A stretch of 64,000 bases of DNA from Eledone cirrhosa (lineage: Eukaryota), in contig OZ024741.1 of assembly GCA_964016885.1 (NCBI GenBank), forward strand, positions 15,252,001 through 15,316,000. Direction: 5' to 3'. A program made the position numbers and the translations under genes. Shown here piece by piece: positions 18,001 to 36,000 of the stretch. Positions within the stretch are counted from its first letter, which is position 1; every line of letters begins with the position of its first letter. The notes beneath the pieces are model-generated. The model searched no databases. It saw only the letters and a program-made list of their open reading frames with translations, and was not told where the DNA came from.

Positions 18001-21000
18001 CTGGAGAATATGACACTAGATAATATGACAGTAGATAATATGACACTGGAGAATATGACACTAGATAATATGACACTGGATTATATGACACTAGATAATA
18101 TGACACTAGAGAATATGACACTGGATAATATGACACTGGATAATATGACACTCTAGAATATGACACTGGATAATATGACACTAGATAATCTGACACTGGA
18201 GAATATGACACTGGATAATATGACACTGGAGAATATGACACTGGAGAATATGATACTATATAATATGACACTGGAGAATATGACACTGAATAATATGACA
18301 CTGGAGAATATGACACTAGATAATATGCCATGGAGAATATGACACTAGATAATATGACAGTAGATAATATGACACTGGAGAATATGACACTAGATAATAT
18401 GACACTGGATTATATGACACTAGATAATATGTGACTAGAGAATATGACACTGGATAATATGACACTGGATAATATGACACTGTAGAATATGACACTGGAT
18501 AATATGACACTAGATAATCTGACACTGGAGGATATGACACTGGATAATATGACACTGGATAATATGACACTAGATAATATGACACTGGATAATATGACAC
18601 TAGATAATATGACACTGAATAATATGACACTAGATAATATGACACTGGAGAATATGACACTGGATAATATGACACTGGATAATATGACACTAGATAATCT
18701 AACACTGGAGAATATGACACGAGAGAATATGACACTGGAGAATATGACACTAGATAATATGACACTGGAGAATATGACACTAGATAATATGACACTAGAT
18801 GATCCGACACTGGAGGATATGACACTGGATAATATGACACTGGATCATATGACACTAGATAATATGACACTGGATAATATGACACTAGATAATATGACAC
18901 TGGAGAATGTGACACTATATAATCTGACACTGGAGAATATGACACTAGGTAATATGACACTGGAGAATATGACACTGGAGAATATGACACTAGATAATAT
19001 GACACTGCAGAATATGACACTGGACGATATGACACTGGAGAATATGACACTGGAGAATATGACAGTAGATAATATGACACTGGAGAATATGACACTGGAG
19101 AATATGACACTGGAGAATATGACAGTAGATAATATGACAGTAGATAATATGACACTAGATAACATGACACTAGATAATATGACACTGGATATTATGACAC
19201 TGTAGAATATGACACTGGAGATTATGACATTAGATAATATGACACTAGATAATATGACAGTAGAACATTTTGACACTAGATAATATGACACTAGATAATA
19301 TGACACTGCAGAATATGACACTGGAGAATATCACCCTGGAGAATATGACAGTAGATAATATGACACTGGAGAATATGACACTGGAGAATATGACACTGGA
19401 TAATATGACACTGGAGAATATGACAATAGATAATATGACACTGGATAATATGACACTGGAGAATATGACACTGGAGAATATGACAGTAGATAATATGACA
19501 CTGGAGAATATGACACTGGAGAATATGACACTGCATAATATGACACTAGCTAATATGATACTGGAAAATATGACACTGGAGAATAAGACACTGGAGAATA
19601 TGACACTAGAAAATATGACACTGGAGAATATGACACTGCAGTATATGACACTGGAGAATATGACACTGGAGAATATGACAGTAGATAATATGACACTGGA
19701 GAATATGACACTGGAGAATATGACACTGGATAATATGACACTAGATAATATGACACTAGAGAATATGACACTGGATAATATGACACTGGATAATATGACA
19801 CTGGAGAATATGACACTGTATAATATGACACTAGATAATCTGACACTGGAGGATATGACACTGGATAATATGACACTGGATAATATGACACTAGATAATA
19901 TGACACTGGATAATATGACACTAGATAATATGACACTGGAGAATATGACACAGGAAAATATGACACTGTATAATATGACACTAGATAATATGACACTGGA
20001 TAATATGACACTGGATAATATGACACTGGAGAATATGACACTGGATAATATGACACTGGAGAATATGACAGTAGATAATATGACACTGAAGAATATGACA
20101 ATGGAGGATATGACACTAGACAATATGACACTAGATAATATGACACTGGAGAATATGACACTGGAGATTATGACACTAGATAATATGACACTGTGGAATA
20201 TGACACTGGAGAATATGACACTGGATAATATGACACTGGAGAATATGACACTGGAGAATATGATACTATATAATATGACACTGGAGAATATGACACTGAA
20301 TAATATGACACTGGAGAATATGACACTAGATAATATGACACTGGAGAATATGACACTAGATAATATGACAGTAGATAATATGACACTGGAGAATATGACA
20401 CTAGATAATATGACACTGGATTATATGACACTAGATAATATGACACTAGAGAATATGACACTGGATAATATGACACTGGATAATATGACACTGTAGAATA
20501 TGACACTGGATAATATGACACTAGATAATCTGACACTGGAGAATATGACACTGGATAATATGACACTGGAGAATATGACACTGGAGAATATGATACTATA
20601 TAATATGACACTGGAGAATATGACACTGAATAATATGACACTGGAGAATATGACACTAGATAATATGACACTGGAGAATATGACACTAGATAATATGACA
20701 GTAGATAATATGACACTGGAGAATATGACACTAGATAATATGACACTGGATTATATGACACTAGATAATATGTGACTAGAGAATATGACACTGGATAATA
20801 TGACACTGGATAATATGACACTGGAGAATATGTCACTGGAGAATATGACAGTAGATAATATGACACTAGATAATATAACACTGGAGAATATGACACTGGA
20901 GAATATGACACTGGATAATATGACCCTGGAGAATATGACACTAGATAATATGACACTGGATAATATGACACTAGATAATATGACACTAGAAAATATGACA

Positions 21001-24000
21001 CTGGAGAATATGACACTGGAGAATATCACACTGGATAATATGACACTGGAGAATATGACAGTAGATAATATGACACTGGATAATATGACACTGGATAATA
21101 TGACACTGGAGAATATGACACTGGATAATATGACACTGGAGAATATGACAGTAGATAATATGACACTGAAGAATATGACAATGGAGGATATGACACTAGA
21201 CAATATGACACTAGATAATATGACACTGGAGAATATGACACTGGAGAATATGACACTAAATAATATGACACTGTGGAATATGACACTGGAGAATATGACA
21301 CTGGATAATATGACACTGGAGAATATGACACTGGAGAATATGATACTATATAATATGACACTGGAGAATATGACACTGAATAATATGACACTGGAGAATA
21401 TGACACTAGATAATATGACACTGGAGAATATGACACTAGATAATATGACAGTAGATAATATGACACTGGAGAATATGACACTAGATAATATGACACTGGA
21501 TTATATGACACTAGATAATATGACACTAGAGAATATTACACTGGATAATATGACACTGGATAATATGACACTCTAGAATATGACACTGGATAATATGACA
21601 CTAGATAATCTGACACTGGAGAATATGACACTGGATAATATGACACTGGAGAATATGACACTGGAGAATATGATACTATATAATATGACACTGGAGAATA
21701 TGACACTGAATAATATGACACTGGAGAATATGACACTAGATAATATGACACTGGAGAATATGACACTAGATAATATGACAGTAGATAATATGACACTGGA
21801 GAATATGACACTAGATAATATGACACTGGATTATATGACACTAGATAATATGTGACTAGAGAATATGACACTGGATAATATGACACTGGATAATATGACA
21901 CTGTAGAATATGACACTGGATAATATGACACTAGATAATCTGACACTGGAGGATATGACACTGGATAATATGACACTGGATAATATGACACTAGATAATA
22001 TGACACTGGATAATATGACACTAGATAATATGACACTGAATAATATGACACTAGATAATATGACACTGGAGAATATGACACTGGATAATATGACACTGGA
22101 TAATATGACACTAGATAATCTAACACTGGAGAATATGACACGAGAGAATATGACACTGGAGAATATGACACTAGATAATATGACACTGGAGAATATGACA
22201 CTAGATAATATGACACTAGATGATCTGACACTGGAGGATATGACACTGGATAATATGACACTGGATAATATGACACTAGATAATATGACACTGGATAATA
22301 TGACACTAGATAATATGACACTGGAGAATGTGACACTATATAATCTGACACTGGAGAATATGACACTAGATAATATGACACTGGAGAATATGACACTGGA
22401 GAATATGACACTAGATAATATGACACTGCAGAATATGACACTGGACGATATGACACTGGAGAATATGACACTGGAGAATATGACAGTAGATAATATGACA
22501 CTGGAGAATATGACACTGGAGAATATGACACTGGAGAATATGACAGTAGATAATATGACAGTAGATAATATGACACTAGATAACATGACACTAGATAATA
22601 TGACACTGGATATTATGACACTGTAGAATATGACACTGGAGATTATGACATTAGATAATATGACACTAGATAATATGACAGTAGAACATTTTGACACTAG
22701 ATAATATGACACTAGATAATATGACACTGCAGAATATGACACTGGAGAATATCACCCTGGAGAATATGACAGTAGATAATATGACACTGGAGAATATGAC
22801 ACTGGAGAATATGACACTGGATAATATGACACTGGAGAATATGACAATAGATAATATGACACTGGATAATATGACACTGGAGAATATGACACTGGAGAAT
22901 ATGACAGTAGATAATATGACACTGGAGAATATGACACTGGAGAATATGACACTGCATAATATGACACTAGATGATACTGGAAAATATGACACTGGAGAAT
23001 AAGACACTGGAGAATATGACACTAGAAAATATGACACTGGAGAATATGACACTGCAGTATATGACACTGGAGCATATGACACTGGAGAATATGACAGTAG
23101 ATAATATGACACTGGAGAATATGACACTGGAGAATATGACACTGGATAATATGACACTAGATAATATGACACTAGAGAATATGACACTGGATAATATGAC
23201 ACTGGATAATATGACACTGGAGAATATGACACTGTATAATATGACACTAGATAATCTGACACTGGAGGATATGACACTGGATAATATGACACTGGATAAT
23301 ATGACACTAGATAATATGACACTGGATAATATGACACTAGATAATATGACACTGGAGAATATGACACAGGAAAATATGACACTGGATAATATGACACTAG
23401 ATAATATGACACTAGATAATATCACACTAGATAATATCACACTAGATAATATGACACTGGATAATATGACACTGGATAATATGACACTGGGGAATATGAC
23501 ACTGGAGAATATGACACTGGAAAATATGACAGTAGATAATATGACACTGGAGAATATGACACTGGAGAATATGACACTGGATAATATGACACTGGAGAAT
23601 ATGACAGTAGATAATATGACACTGGATAATATGACACTGGATAATATGACACTGGAGAATATGACATTAGATAATATGACACTGGATAATGTGACACTGG
23701 AGAATATGACACTGGAGGATATGGCACTAGATAATATGACACTAGATAATATGACACTGGATAATAGATACTGGGGAATATGACACTAGATAATATGTCA
23801 CTGGAGAATATGACAGTAGATAATATGACACTGGATAATATGACACTGGATATTATGTCACTGGATAATATGACAGTAGATAATATGACACTGGAGAATA
23901 TGACACTGGAGAATATAATACTGGAGAATATGACACTGGAGAATATGACAGTAGATAATATGACAGTGGATAATATGACACTAGATAATATGACACTGGA

Positions 24001-27000
24001 TAATATGACACTGGATAATATGACACTGGAGAATATGACACTAGATAATATGACACTGGAGAATATGACACTAGATAATATGACACTGGATAATATGACA
24101 CTAGATAATATGACACTGGAGAATATGACACTGGAGAATATGAGACTGGATAATATGACACTAGATAAGATGACGCTAGATATTATGACACTGGAGAATA
24201 TGACACTGGATAATATGACACTGGAGAATATGACACTGGAGAAAATGACAGTAGATAATATGACTCTGGATAATATGACACTAGATAATATGACAGTAGA
24301 TAATATGACACTAGATAATATGACACTAGATAATATGACACTAGATAATATGACACTAGAAAATATGACACTGCAGAATATGACACTGGATAATATGACA
24401 CTGGAGAATATGTCACTGGAGAATATGACAGTAGATAATATGACACTAGATAATATAACACTGGAGAATATGACACTGGAGAATATGACACTGGATAATA
24501 TGACCCTGGAGAATATGACACTAGATAATATGACACTGGATAATATGACACTAGATAATATGACACTAGAAAATATGACACTGGAGAATATGACACTGGA
24601 GAATATGACACTGGATAATATGACACTGGAGAATATGACAGTAGATAATATGACACTGGATAATATGACACTGGATAATATGACACTGGAGAATATGACA
24701 CTGGATAATATGACACTGGAGAATATGACAGTAGATAATATGACACTGGAGAATATGACACTAGATAATATGACAGTAGATAATATGACACTGGAGAATA
24801 TGACACTAGATAATATGACACTGGATTATATGACACTAGATAATATGACACTAGATAATATGACACTGGAGAATATGACACTGGATAATATGACACTGGA
24901 GAATATGACACTGGAGAATATGACACTGTAGAATATGACACTGGATAATATGACACTGGAGAATATGACACTGAATAATATGACACTGGAGAATATGACA
25001 CTAGATAATATGACACTGGAGAATATGACACTAGATAATATGACAGTAGATAATATGACACTGGAGAATATGACACTAGATAGTATGACACTGGATTATA
25101 TGACACTAGATAACATGACACTAGAGAATATGACACTGGATAATATGACACTGGATAATATGACACTGTAGAATATGACACTGGATAATATGACACTAGA
25201 TAATCTGACACTGGAGGATATGACACTGGATAATATGACACTGGATAATATGACACTAGATAATATGACACTGGATAATATGACACTAGATAATATGACA
25301 CTGGATAATATGACACTAGATAATATGACACTAAAGCATATGACACTGGATAATATGACACTGGATAATATGACACTAGATAATCTAACACTGGAGAATA
25401 TGACACGAGAGAATATGACACTGGAGAATATGACACTAGATAATATGACACTGGAGAATATGACACTAGATAATATGACACTAGATGATCTGACACTGGA
25501 GGATATGACACTGGATAATATGACACTGGATAATATGACACTAGATAATATGACACTGGATAATATGACATTAGATAATATGACACTGGAGAATGTGACA
25601 CTAGATAATCTGACACAGGAGAATATGACACTAGATAATATGACACTGGAGAATATGATACTAGATAATATGACACTGGAGAATATGACACTAGATAATA
25701 TGACACTGCAGAATATGACACTGGAGAATATGACACTGGAGAATATGACACTGGAGAATATGACAGTATATAATATGACACTGGAGAATATGACACTGGA
25801 GAATATGACACTGGATAATATGACAGTAGATAATATGACAGTAGATAATATGACACTAGATAACATGACACTATATAATATGACACTGGATATTATGACA
25901 CCGTAGAATATGACACTGGAGATTATGACATTAGATAATATGACACTAGATAATATGACAGTAGAAAATTTTGACACTAGATAATATGACACTGCAGAAT
26001 ATGACACTGGAGAATATGACACTGGATAATATGACACTGGAGAATATGACAATAGATAATATGACACTGGATAATATGACACTGGAGAATATTACACTGG
26101 AGAACATGACACTGGAGAATATGACAGTAGATAATATGACACTGGAGAATATGACACTGGAGAATATGTGTCTGGATAATATGACACTAGATAATAGAAC
26201 ACTGGAGAATATGACACGAGAGAATATGACACTGGAGAATATGACACTAGCTAATATGACACTGGAAAATATGACACTGGAGAATAAGACACTGGAGAAT
26301 ATCACACTGGATAATATGACACTGGAGAATATGACAGTAGATAATATGACACTGGATAATATGACACTGGATAATATGACACTGGAGAATATGACACTGG
26401 ATAATATGACACTGGAGAATATGACAGTAGATAATATGACACTGAAGAATATGACAATGGAGGATATGACACTAGACAATATGACACTAGATAATATGAC
26501 ACTGGAGAATATGACACTGGAGATTATGACACTAGATAATATGACACTGTGGAATATGACACTGGAGAATATGACACTGGATAATATGACACTGGAGAAT
26601 ATGACACTGGAGAATATGATACTATATAATATGACACTGGAGAATATGACACTGAATAATATGACACTGGAGAATATGACACTAGATAATATGACACTGG
26701 AGAATATGACACTAGATAATATGACAGTAGATAATATGACACTGGAGAATATGACACTAGATAATATGACACTGGATTATATGACACTAGATAATATGAC
26801 ACTAGAGAATATGACACTGGATAATATGACACTGGATAATATGACACTGTAGAATATGACACTGGATAATATGACACTAGATAATCTGACACTGGAGAAT
26901 ATGACACCGGATAATATGACACTGGAGAATATGACACTGGAGAATATGATACTATATAATATGACACTGGAGAATATGACACTGAATAATATGACACTGG

Positions 27001-30000
27001 AGAATATGACACTAGATAATATGACACTGGAGAATATGACACTAGATAATATGACAGTAGATAATATGACACTGGAGAATATGACACTAGATAATATGAC
27101 ACTGGATTATATGACACTAGATAATATGTGACTAGAGAATATGACACTGGATAATATGACACTGGATAATATGACACTGGAGAATATGTCACTGGAGAAT
27201 ATGACAGTAGAATATATGACACTAGATAATATAACACTGGAGAATATGACACTGGAGAATATGACACTGGATAATATGACCCTGGAGAATATGACACTAG
27301 ATAATATGACACTGGATAATATGACACTAGATAATATGACACTAGAAAATATGACACTGGAGAATATGACACTGGAGAATATCACACTGGATAATATGAC
27401 ACTGGAGAATATGACAGTAGATAATATGACACTGGATAATATGACACTGGATAATATGACACTGGAGAATATGACACTGAATAATATGACACTGGAGAAT
27501 ATGACACTAGATAATATGACACTGGAGAATATGACACTAGATAATATGACAGTAGATAATATGACACTGGAGAATATGACACTAGATAATATGACACTGG
27601 ATTATATGACACTAGATAATATGTGACTAGAGAATATGACACTGGATAATATGACACTGGATAATATGACACTGTAGAATATGACACTGGATAATATGAC
27701 ACTAGATAATCTGACACTGGAGGATATGACACTGGATAATATGACACTGGATAATATGACACTAGATAATATGACACTGGATAATATGACACTAGATAAT
27801 ATGACACTGAATAATATGACACTAGATAATATGACACTGGAGAATATGACACTGGATAATATGACACTGGATAATATGACACTAGATAATCTAACACTGG
27901 ATATTATGACACTGTAGAATATGACACTGCAGATTATGACATTAGATAATATGACACTGGATAATATGACAGTAGAAAATTTTGACACTAGATAATATGA
28001 CACTGGATAATATGACACTGGATAATATGACAATAGATAATATGACACTGGATAATATGACACTGGAGAATATTACACTGGAGAACATGACACTGGAGAA
28101 TATGACAGTAGATAATATGACACTGGAGAATATGACACTGGAGAATATGTGTCTGGATAATATGACACTAGATAATATAATACTGGAGAATATGACACGA
28201 GAGAATATGACACTGGAGAATATGACACTAGCTAATATGACACTGGAAAATATGACACTGGAGAATAAGACACTGGAGAATATGACACTAGAAAATATGA
28301 CACTGGAGAATATGACACTGCAGTATATGACACTCGAGAATATGACACTGAATAAAATGACACTGCATAATGTGACACTGGGGAATATGACACTGGAGAA
28401 TATGACACTGGAGAATATGACAGTAGATAATATGACACTGGAGAATATGACACTGGAGAATATGACACTGGATAGTATGACACTGGAGAATATGACAGTA
28501 GACAATATGACACTGGATAATATGACACTGGATAATATGACACTGGATAATATGACACTAGACAATATGACACTGGAGAATATGACACTGGATAATATGA
28601 CACTAGATAATATGACACTGGAGAATATGACACTGGGGAATATGACACTGGATAATATGACACTGGAGAATATGACACTGGAGAATATGACACTGGATAA
28701 TATGACACTGGAGAATATGACAATAGATAATATGACACTAGAAAATATGACACTGGAGAATATGACACTGGATATTATGACACTGGATAATATGAAACTG
28801 GATAATATGACACTGGAGAATATGACACTGTATAATATGACACTGGATAATATGACACTGGATAATATGACACTGGATATTATGACACTGGATAATATGA
28901 AACTAGATAATATGACACTGGAGAATATGACACTAGAAAATATGACACTGGAGAATATGACACTGGATAATATGACACTAGATAATATGACAATGGAGAA
29001 TATGACACTGTAGAGTATGACACTGGATAATATGACACTGGATAATATGACACTGGAGAATATGACACTGGAGAATATGACACTGGAGTATATGACAGTA
29101 GATAATATGACACTGGAGAATATGACACTAGATAATATGACACTGGATAATATGACACTAGATAATATGACACTGGAGAATATGACACTGAAGGATATGA
29201 CACTGGAGAATATGACACTGGATAAAATGAGACTGGAGAATATGACACTGGATAATATGACACTGGAGAATATGACAGTAGATAATATGACACTGGATAA
29301 TATGACACTGGATAATATGACACTGGATAATATGACACTGGAGAATATGACAGTAGATAATATGACACTGGATAATATGACACTGGATAATATGACACTG
29401 GAGAATATGACAGTAGATAATATGACACTGGAGAATATGACACTGGATAATGTGACACTGGAGAATATGACACTGGAGGATATGACACCAAATAATATGA
29501 CACTAGATAATATGACACTGGATAATATGACACTGGAGAATATGACACTAGATAATATGTCACTGGAGAATATGACAGTAGATAATATGACACTGGAAAA
29601 TATGACACTGGATAATATGACACTGGATATTATGTCACTGGATAATATGACAGTAGATAATATGACACTGGAGAATATGACACTGGAGAATATAATACTG
29701 GAGAATATGACACTGGAGAATATGACAGTAGATAATATGACAGTGGATAATATGACACTAGATAATACGACACTGGATAATATGACACTGGATAATATGA
29801 CACTGGAGAATATGACACTAGATAATATGACACTGGAGAATATGACACTAGATAAAATGACACTGGATAATATGACACTAGATAATATGACACTGGAGAA
29901 TATGACACTGGAGAATATGAGACTGGATAATATGACACTAGATAAGATGACGCTAGATATTATGACACTGGAGAATATGACACTGGATAATATGACACTG

Positions 30001-33000
30001 GAGAATATGACACTGGAGAATATGACAGTAGATAATATGACTCTGGATAATATGACACCAGATAATATGACAGTAGATAATATGACACTAGATAATATGA
30101 AACTAGATAATATGACAGTAGATAATATAACACTGGATATTATGACACTGGATAATATGACACTGGATAATATGACACTGGATATTATGACACTGGATAA
30201 TATGACACTAGATAATATGACACTGGAGAATATGACACTAGATAATATGACACTGGAGAATATGACACTGTAGAATATGACACTGGATAATATGACACTG
30301 GATAATATGACACTGGAGAATATGACACTGGAGAATATGACACTGGAGTATATGACAGTAGATAATATGACACTGGAGAATATGACACTAGATAATATGA
30401 CACTGGATAATATGACACTAGATAATATGACACTGGAGAATATGACACTGAAGGATATGACACTGGAGAATATGACACTGGATAAAATGAGACTGGAGAA
30501 TATGACACTGGATAATATGACACTGGAGAATCTGACAGTAGATAATATGACACTGGATAATATGACACTGGATAATATGACACTGGATAATATGACACTG
30601 GATATTATGACCCTAGATAATATGACACTAGAGAATATGACACTGGAGAATATAACACTTGATAATATGACCCTGGAGAATATGACACTAGATAATATGA
30701 CACTGGATAATATGACACTAGATAATATGACACTAGAAAATATAACACTGGAGAATATAACACTGGAGAATATGACACTGGATAATATGACACTGGAGAA
30801 TATGACACTAGATAATATGACACTGGAGAATATGACACTAGATAATCTGACACTGGAGAAAATGACACGAGAGAATATGACACTGGAGAATATGACCCTA
30901 GATAATATGACACTGGAGAATATGATACTGGAGAATATGACACTGGAGAATATGACACTGGAGAATATGACAGTAGATAATATGACACTGGAGAATATGA
31001 CACTGGATAATATGACACTAGATAATCTGACACTGGAGGATATGACACTAGATAATATGACACTGGAGAATATGACACTGGAGAATATGACACTGGAGAA
31101 TATGACACTGGAGTATATGACAGTAGATAATAAGACACTGGAGAATATGACACTAGATAATATGACACTGGATAATATGACACTAGATAATATGACACTG
31201 GAGAATATGACACTGAAGGATATGACACTGGAGAATATGACACTGGATAAAATGAGACTGGAGAATATGACACTGGATAATATGACACTGGAGAATATGA
31301 CAGTAGATAATATGACACTGGATAATATGACACTGGATAATATGACACTGGATAATATGACACTGGATAATATGACACTGGATATTATGACCCTAGATAA
31401 TATGACACTAGAGAATATGACACTGGAGAATATAACACTTGATAATATGACCCTGGAGAATATGACACTAGATAATATGACACTGGATAATATGACACTA
31501 GATAATATGACACTAGAAAATATAACACTGGAGAATATAACACTGGAGAATATGACACTGGATAATATGACACTGGAGAATATGACAGTAGATAATATGA
31601 CACTGGATAATATGACACTGGATAATATGACACTGGATAATATGACACTGGAGAATATGACAGTAGATAATATGACACTGGATAATATGACACTGGATAA
31701 TATGACACTGGAGAATATGACAGTAGATAATATGACACTGGAGAATATGACACTGGATAATGTGACACTGGAGAATATGACACTGGAGGATATGACACCA
31801 AATAATATGACACTAGATAATATGACACTGGATAATATGACACTGGAGAATATGACACTAGATAATATGTCACTGGAGAATATGACAGTAGATAATATGA
31901 CACTGGAAAATATGACACTGGATAATATGACACTGGATATTATGTCACTGGATAATATGACAGTAGATAATATGACACTGGAGAATATGACACTGGAGAA
32001 TATAATACTGGAGAATATGACACTGGAGAATATGACAGTAGATAATATGACAGTGGATAATATGACACTAGATAATATGACACTGGATAATATGACACTG
32101 GATAATATGACACTGGAGAATATGACACTAGATAATATGACACTGGAGAATATGACACTAGATAATATGACACTGGATAATATGACACTAGATAATATGA
32201 CACTGGAGAATATGACACTGGAGAATATGAGACTGGATAATATGACACTAGATAAGATGACGCTAGATATTATGACACTGGAGAATATGACACTGGATAA
32301 TATGACACTGGAGAATATGACACTGGAGAATATGACAGTAGATAATATGACTCTGGATAATATGACACCAGATAATATGACAGTAGATAATATGACACTA
32401 GATAATATGAAACTAGATAATATGACAGTAGATAATATAACACTGGATATTATGACACTGGATAATATGACACTGGATAATATGACACTGGATATTATGA
32501 CACTGGATAATATGACACTAGATAATATGACACTGGAGAATATGACACTAGATAATATGACACTGGAGAATATGACACTGTAGAATATGACACTGGATAA
32601 TATGACACTGGATAATATGACACTGGAGAATATGACACTGGAGAATATGACACTGGAGTATATGACAGTAGATAATATGACACTGGAGAATATGACACTA
32701 GATAATATGACACTGGATAATATGACACTAGATAATATGACACTGGAGAATATGACACTGAAGGATATGACACTGGAGAATATGACACTGGATAAAATGA
32801 GACTGGAGAATATGACACTGGATAATATGACACTGGAGAATCTGACAGTAGATAATATGACACTGGATAATATGACACTGGATAATATGACACTGGATAA
32901 TATGACACTGGATATTATGACCCTAGATAATATGACACTAGAGAATATGACACTGGAGAATATAACACTTGATAATATGACCCTGGAGAATATGACACTA

Positions 33001-36000
33001 GATAATATGACACTGGATAATATGACACTAGATAATATGACACTAGAAAATATAACACTGGAGAATATAACACTGGAGAATATGACACTGGATAATATGA
33101 CACTGGAGAATATGACACTAGATAATATGACACTGGAGAATATGACACTAGATAATCTGACACTGGAGAAAATGACACGAGAGAATATGACACTGGAGAA
33201 TATGACCCTAGATAATATGACACTGGAGAATATGATACTGGAGAATATGACACTGGAGAATATGACACTGGAGAATATGACAGTAGATAATATGACACTG
33301 GAGAATATGACACTGGATAATATGACACTAGATAATCTGACACTGGAGGATATGACACTAGATAATATGACACTGGAGAATATGACACTGGAGAATATGA
33401 CACTGGAGAATATGACACTGGAGTATATGACAGTAGATAATAAGACACTGGAGAATATGACACTAGATAATATGACACTGGATAATATGACACTAGATAA
33501 TATGACACTGGAGAATATGACACTGAAGGATATGACACTGGAGAATATGACACTGGATAAAATGAGACTGGAGAATATGACACTGGATAATATGACACTG
33601 GAGAATATGACAGTAGATAATATGACACTGGATAATATGACACTGGATAATATGACACTGGATAATATGACACTGGATAATATGACACTGGATATTATGA
33701 CCCTAGATAATATGACACTAGATAATATGACACTGGAGAATATGACACTGAAGGATATGACACTGGAGAATATGACACTGGATAAAATGAGACTGGAGAA
33801 TATGACACTGGATAATATGACACTGGAGAATATGACAGTAGATAATATGACACTGGATAATATGACACTGGATAATATGACACTGGATAATATGACACTG
33901 GAGAATATGACAGTAGATAATATGACACTGGATAATATGACACTGGATAATATGACACTGGAGAATATGACAGTAGATAATATGACACTGGAGAATATGA
34001 CACTGGATAATGTGACACTGGAGAATATGACACTGGAGGATATGACACCAAATAATATGACACTAGATAATATGACACTGGATAATATGACACTGGAGAA
34101 TATGACACTAGATAATATGTCACTGGAGAATATGACAGTAGATAATATGACACTGGAAAATATGACACTGGATAATATGACACTGGATATTATGTCACTG
34201 GATAATATGACAGTAGATAATATGACACTGGAGAATATGACACTGGAGAATATAATACTGGAGAATATGACACTGGAGAATATGACAGTAGATAATATGA
34301 CAGTGGATAATATGACACTAGATAATATGACACTGGATAATATGACACTGGATAATATGACACTGGAGAATATGACACTAGATAATATGACACTGGAGAA
34401 TATGACACTAGATAATATGACACTGGATAATATGACACTAGATAATATGACACTGGAGAATATGACACTGGAGAATATGAGACTGGATAATATGACACTA
34501 GATAAGATGACGCTAGATATTATGACACTGGAGAATATGACACTGGATAATATGACACTGGAGAATATGACACTGGAGAATATGACATTAGATAATATGA
34601 CTCTGGATAATATGACACCAGATAATATGACAGTAGATAATATGACACTAGATAATATGAAACTAGATAATATGACAGTAGATAATATAACACTGGATAT
34701 TATGACACTGGATAATATGACACTGGATAATATGACACTGGATATTATGACACTGGATAATATGACACTAGATAATATGACACTGGAGAATATGACACTA
34801 GATAATATGACACTGGAGAATATGACACTGTAGAATATGACACTGGATAATATGACACTGGATAATATGACACTGGAGAATATGACACTGGAGAATATGA
34901 CACTGGAGTATATGACAGTAGATAATATGACACTGGAGAATATGACACTAGATAATATGACACTGGATAATATGACACTGGAGAATATGACACTGAAGGA
35001 TATGACACTGGAGAATATGACACTGGATAAAATGAGACTGGAGAATATGACACTGGATAATATGACACTGGAGAATCTGACAGTAGATAATATGACACTG
35101 GATAATATGACACTGGATAATATGACACTGGATAATATGACACTGGATATTATGACCCTAGATAATATGACACTAGAGAATATGACACTGGAGAATATAA
35201 CACTTGATAATATGACCCTGGAGAATATGACACTAGATAATATGACACTGGATAATATGACACTAGATAATATGACACTAGAAAATATAACACTGGAGAA
35301 TATAACACTGGAGAATATGACACTGGATAATATGACACTGGAGAATATGACACTAGATAATATGACACTGGAGAATATGACACTAGATAATCTGACACTG
35401 GAGAAAATGACACGAGAGAATATGACACTGGAGAATATGACCCTAGATAATATGACACTGGAGAATATGATACTGGAGAATATGACACTGGAGAATATGA
35501 CACTGGAGAATATGACAGTAGATAATATGACACTGGAGAATATGACACTGGATAATATGACACTAGATAATCTGACACTGGAGGATATGACACTAGATAA
35601 TATGACACTGGAGAATATGACACTGGAGAATATGACACTGGAGAATATGACACTGGAGTATATGACAGTAGATAATAAGACACTGGAGAATATGACACTA
35701 GATAATATGACACTGGATAATATGACACTAGATAATATGACACTGGAGAATATGACACTGAAGGATATGACACTGGAGAATATGACACTGGATAAAATGA
35801 GACTGGAGAATATGACACTGGATAATATGACACTGGAGAATATGACAGTAGATAATATGACACTGGATAATATGACACTGGATAATATGACACTGGATAA
35901 TATGACACTGGATAATATGACACTGGATATTATGACCCTAGATAATATGACACTAGAGAATATGACACTGGAGAATATAACACTTGATAATATGACCCTG

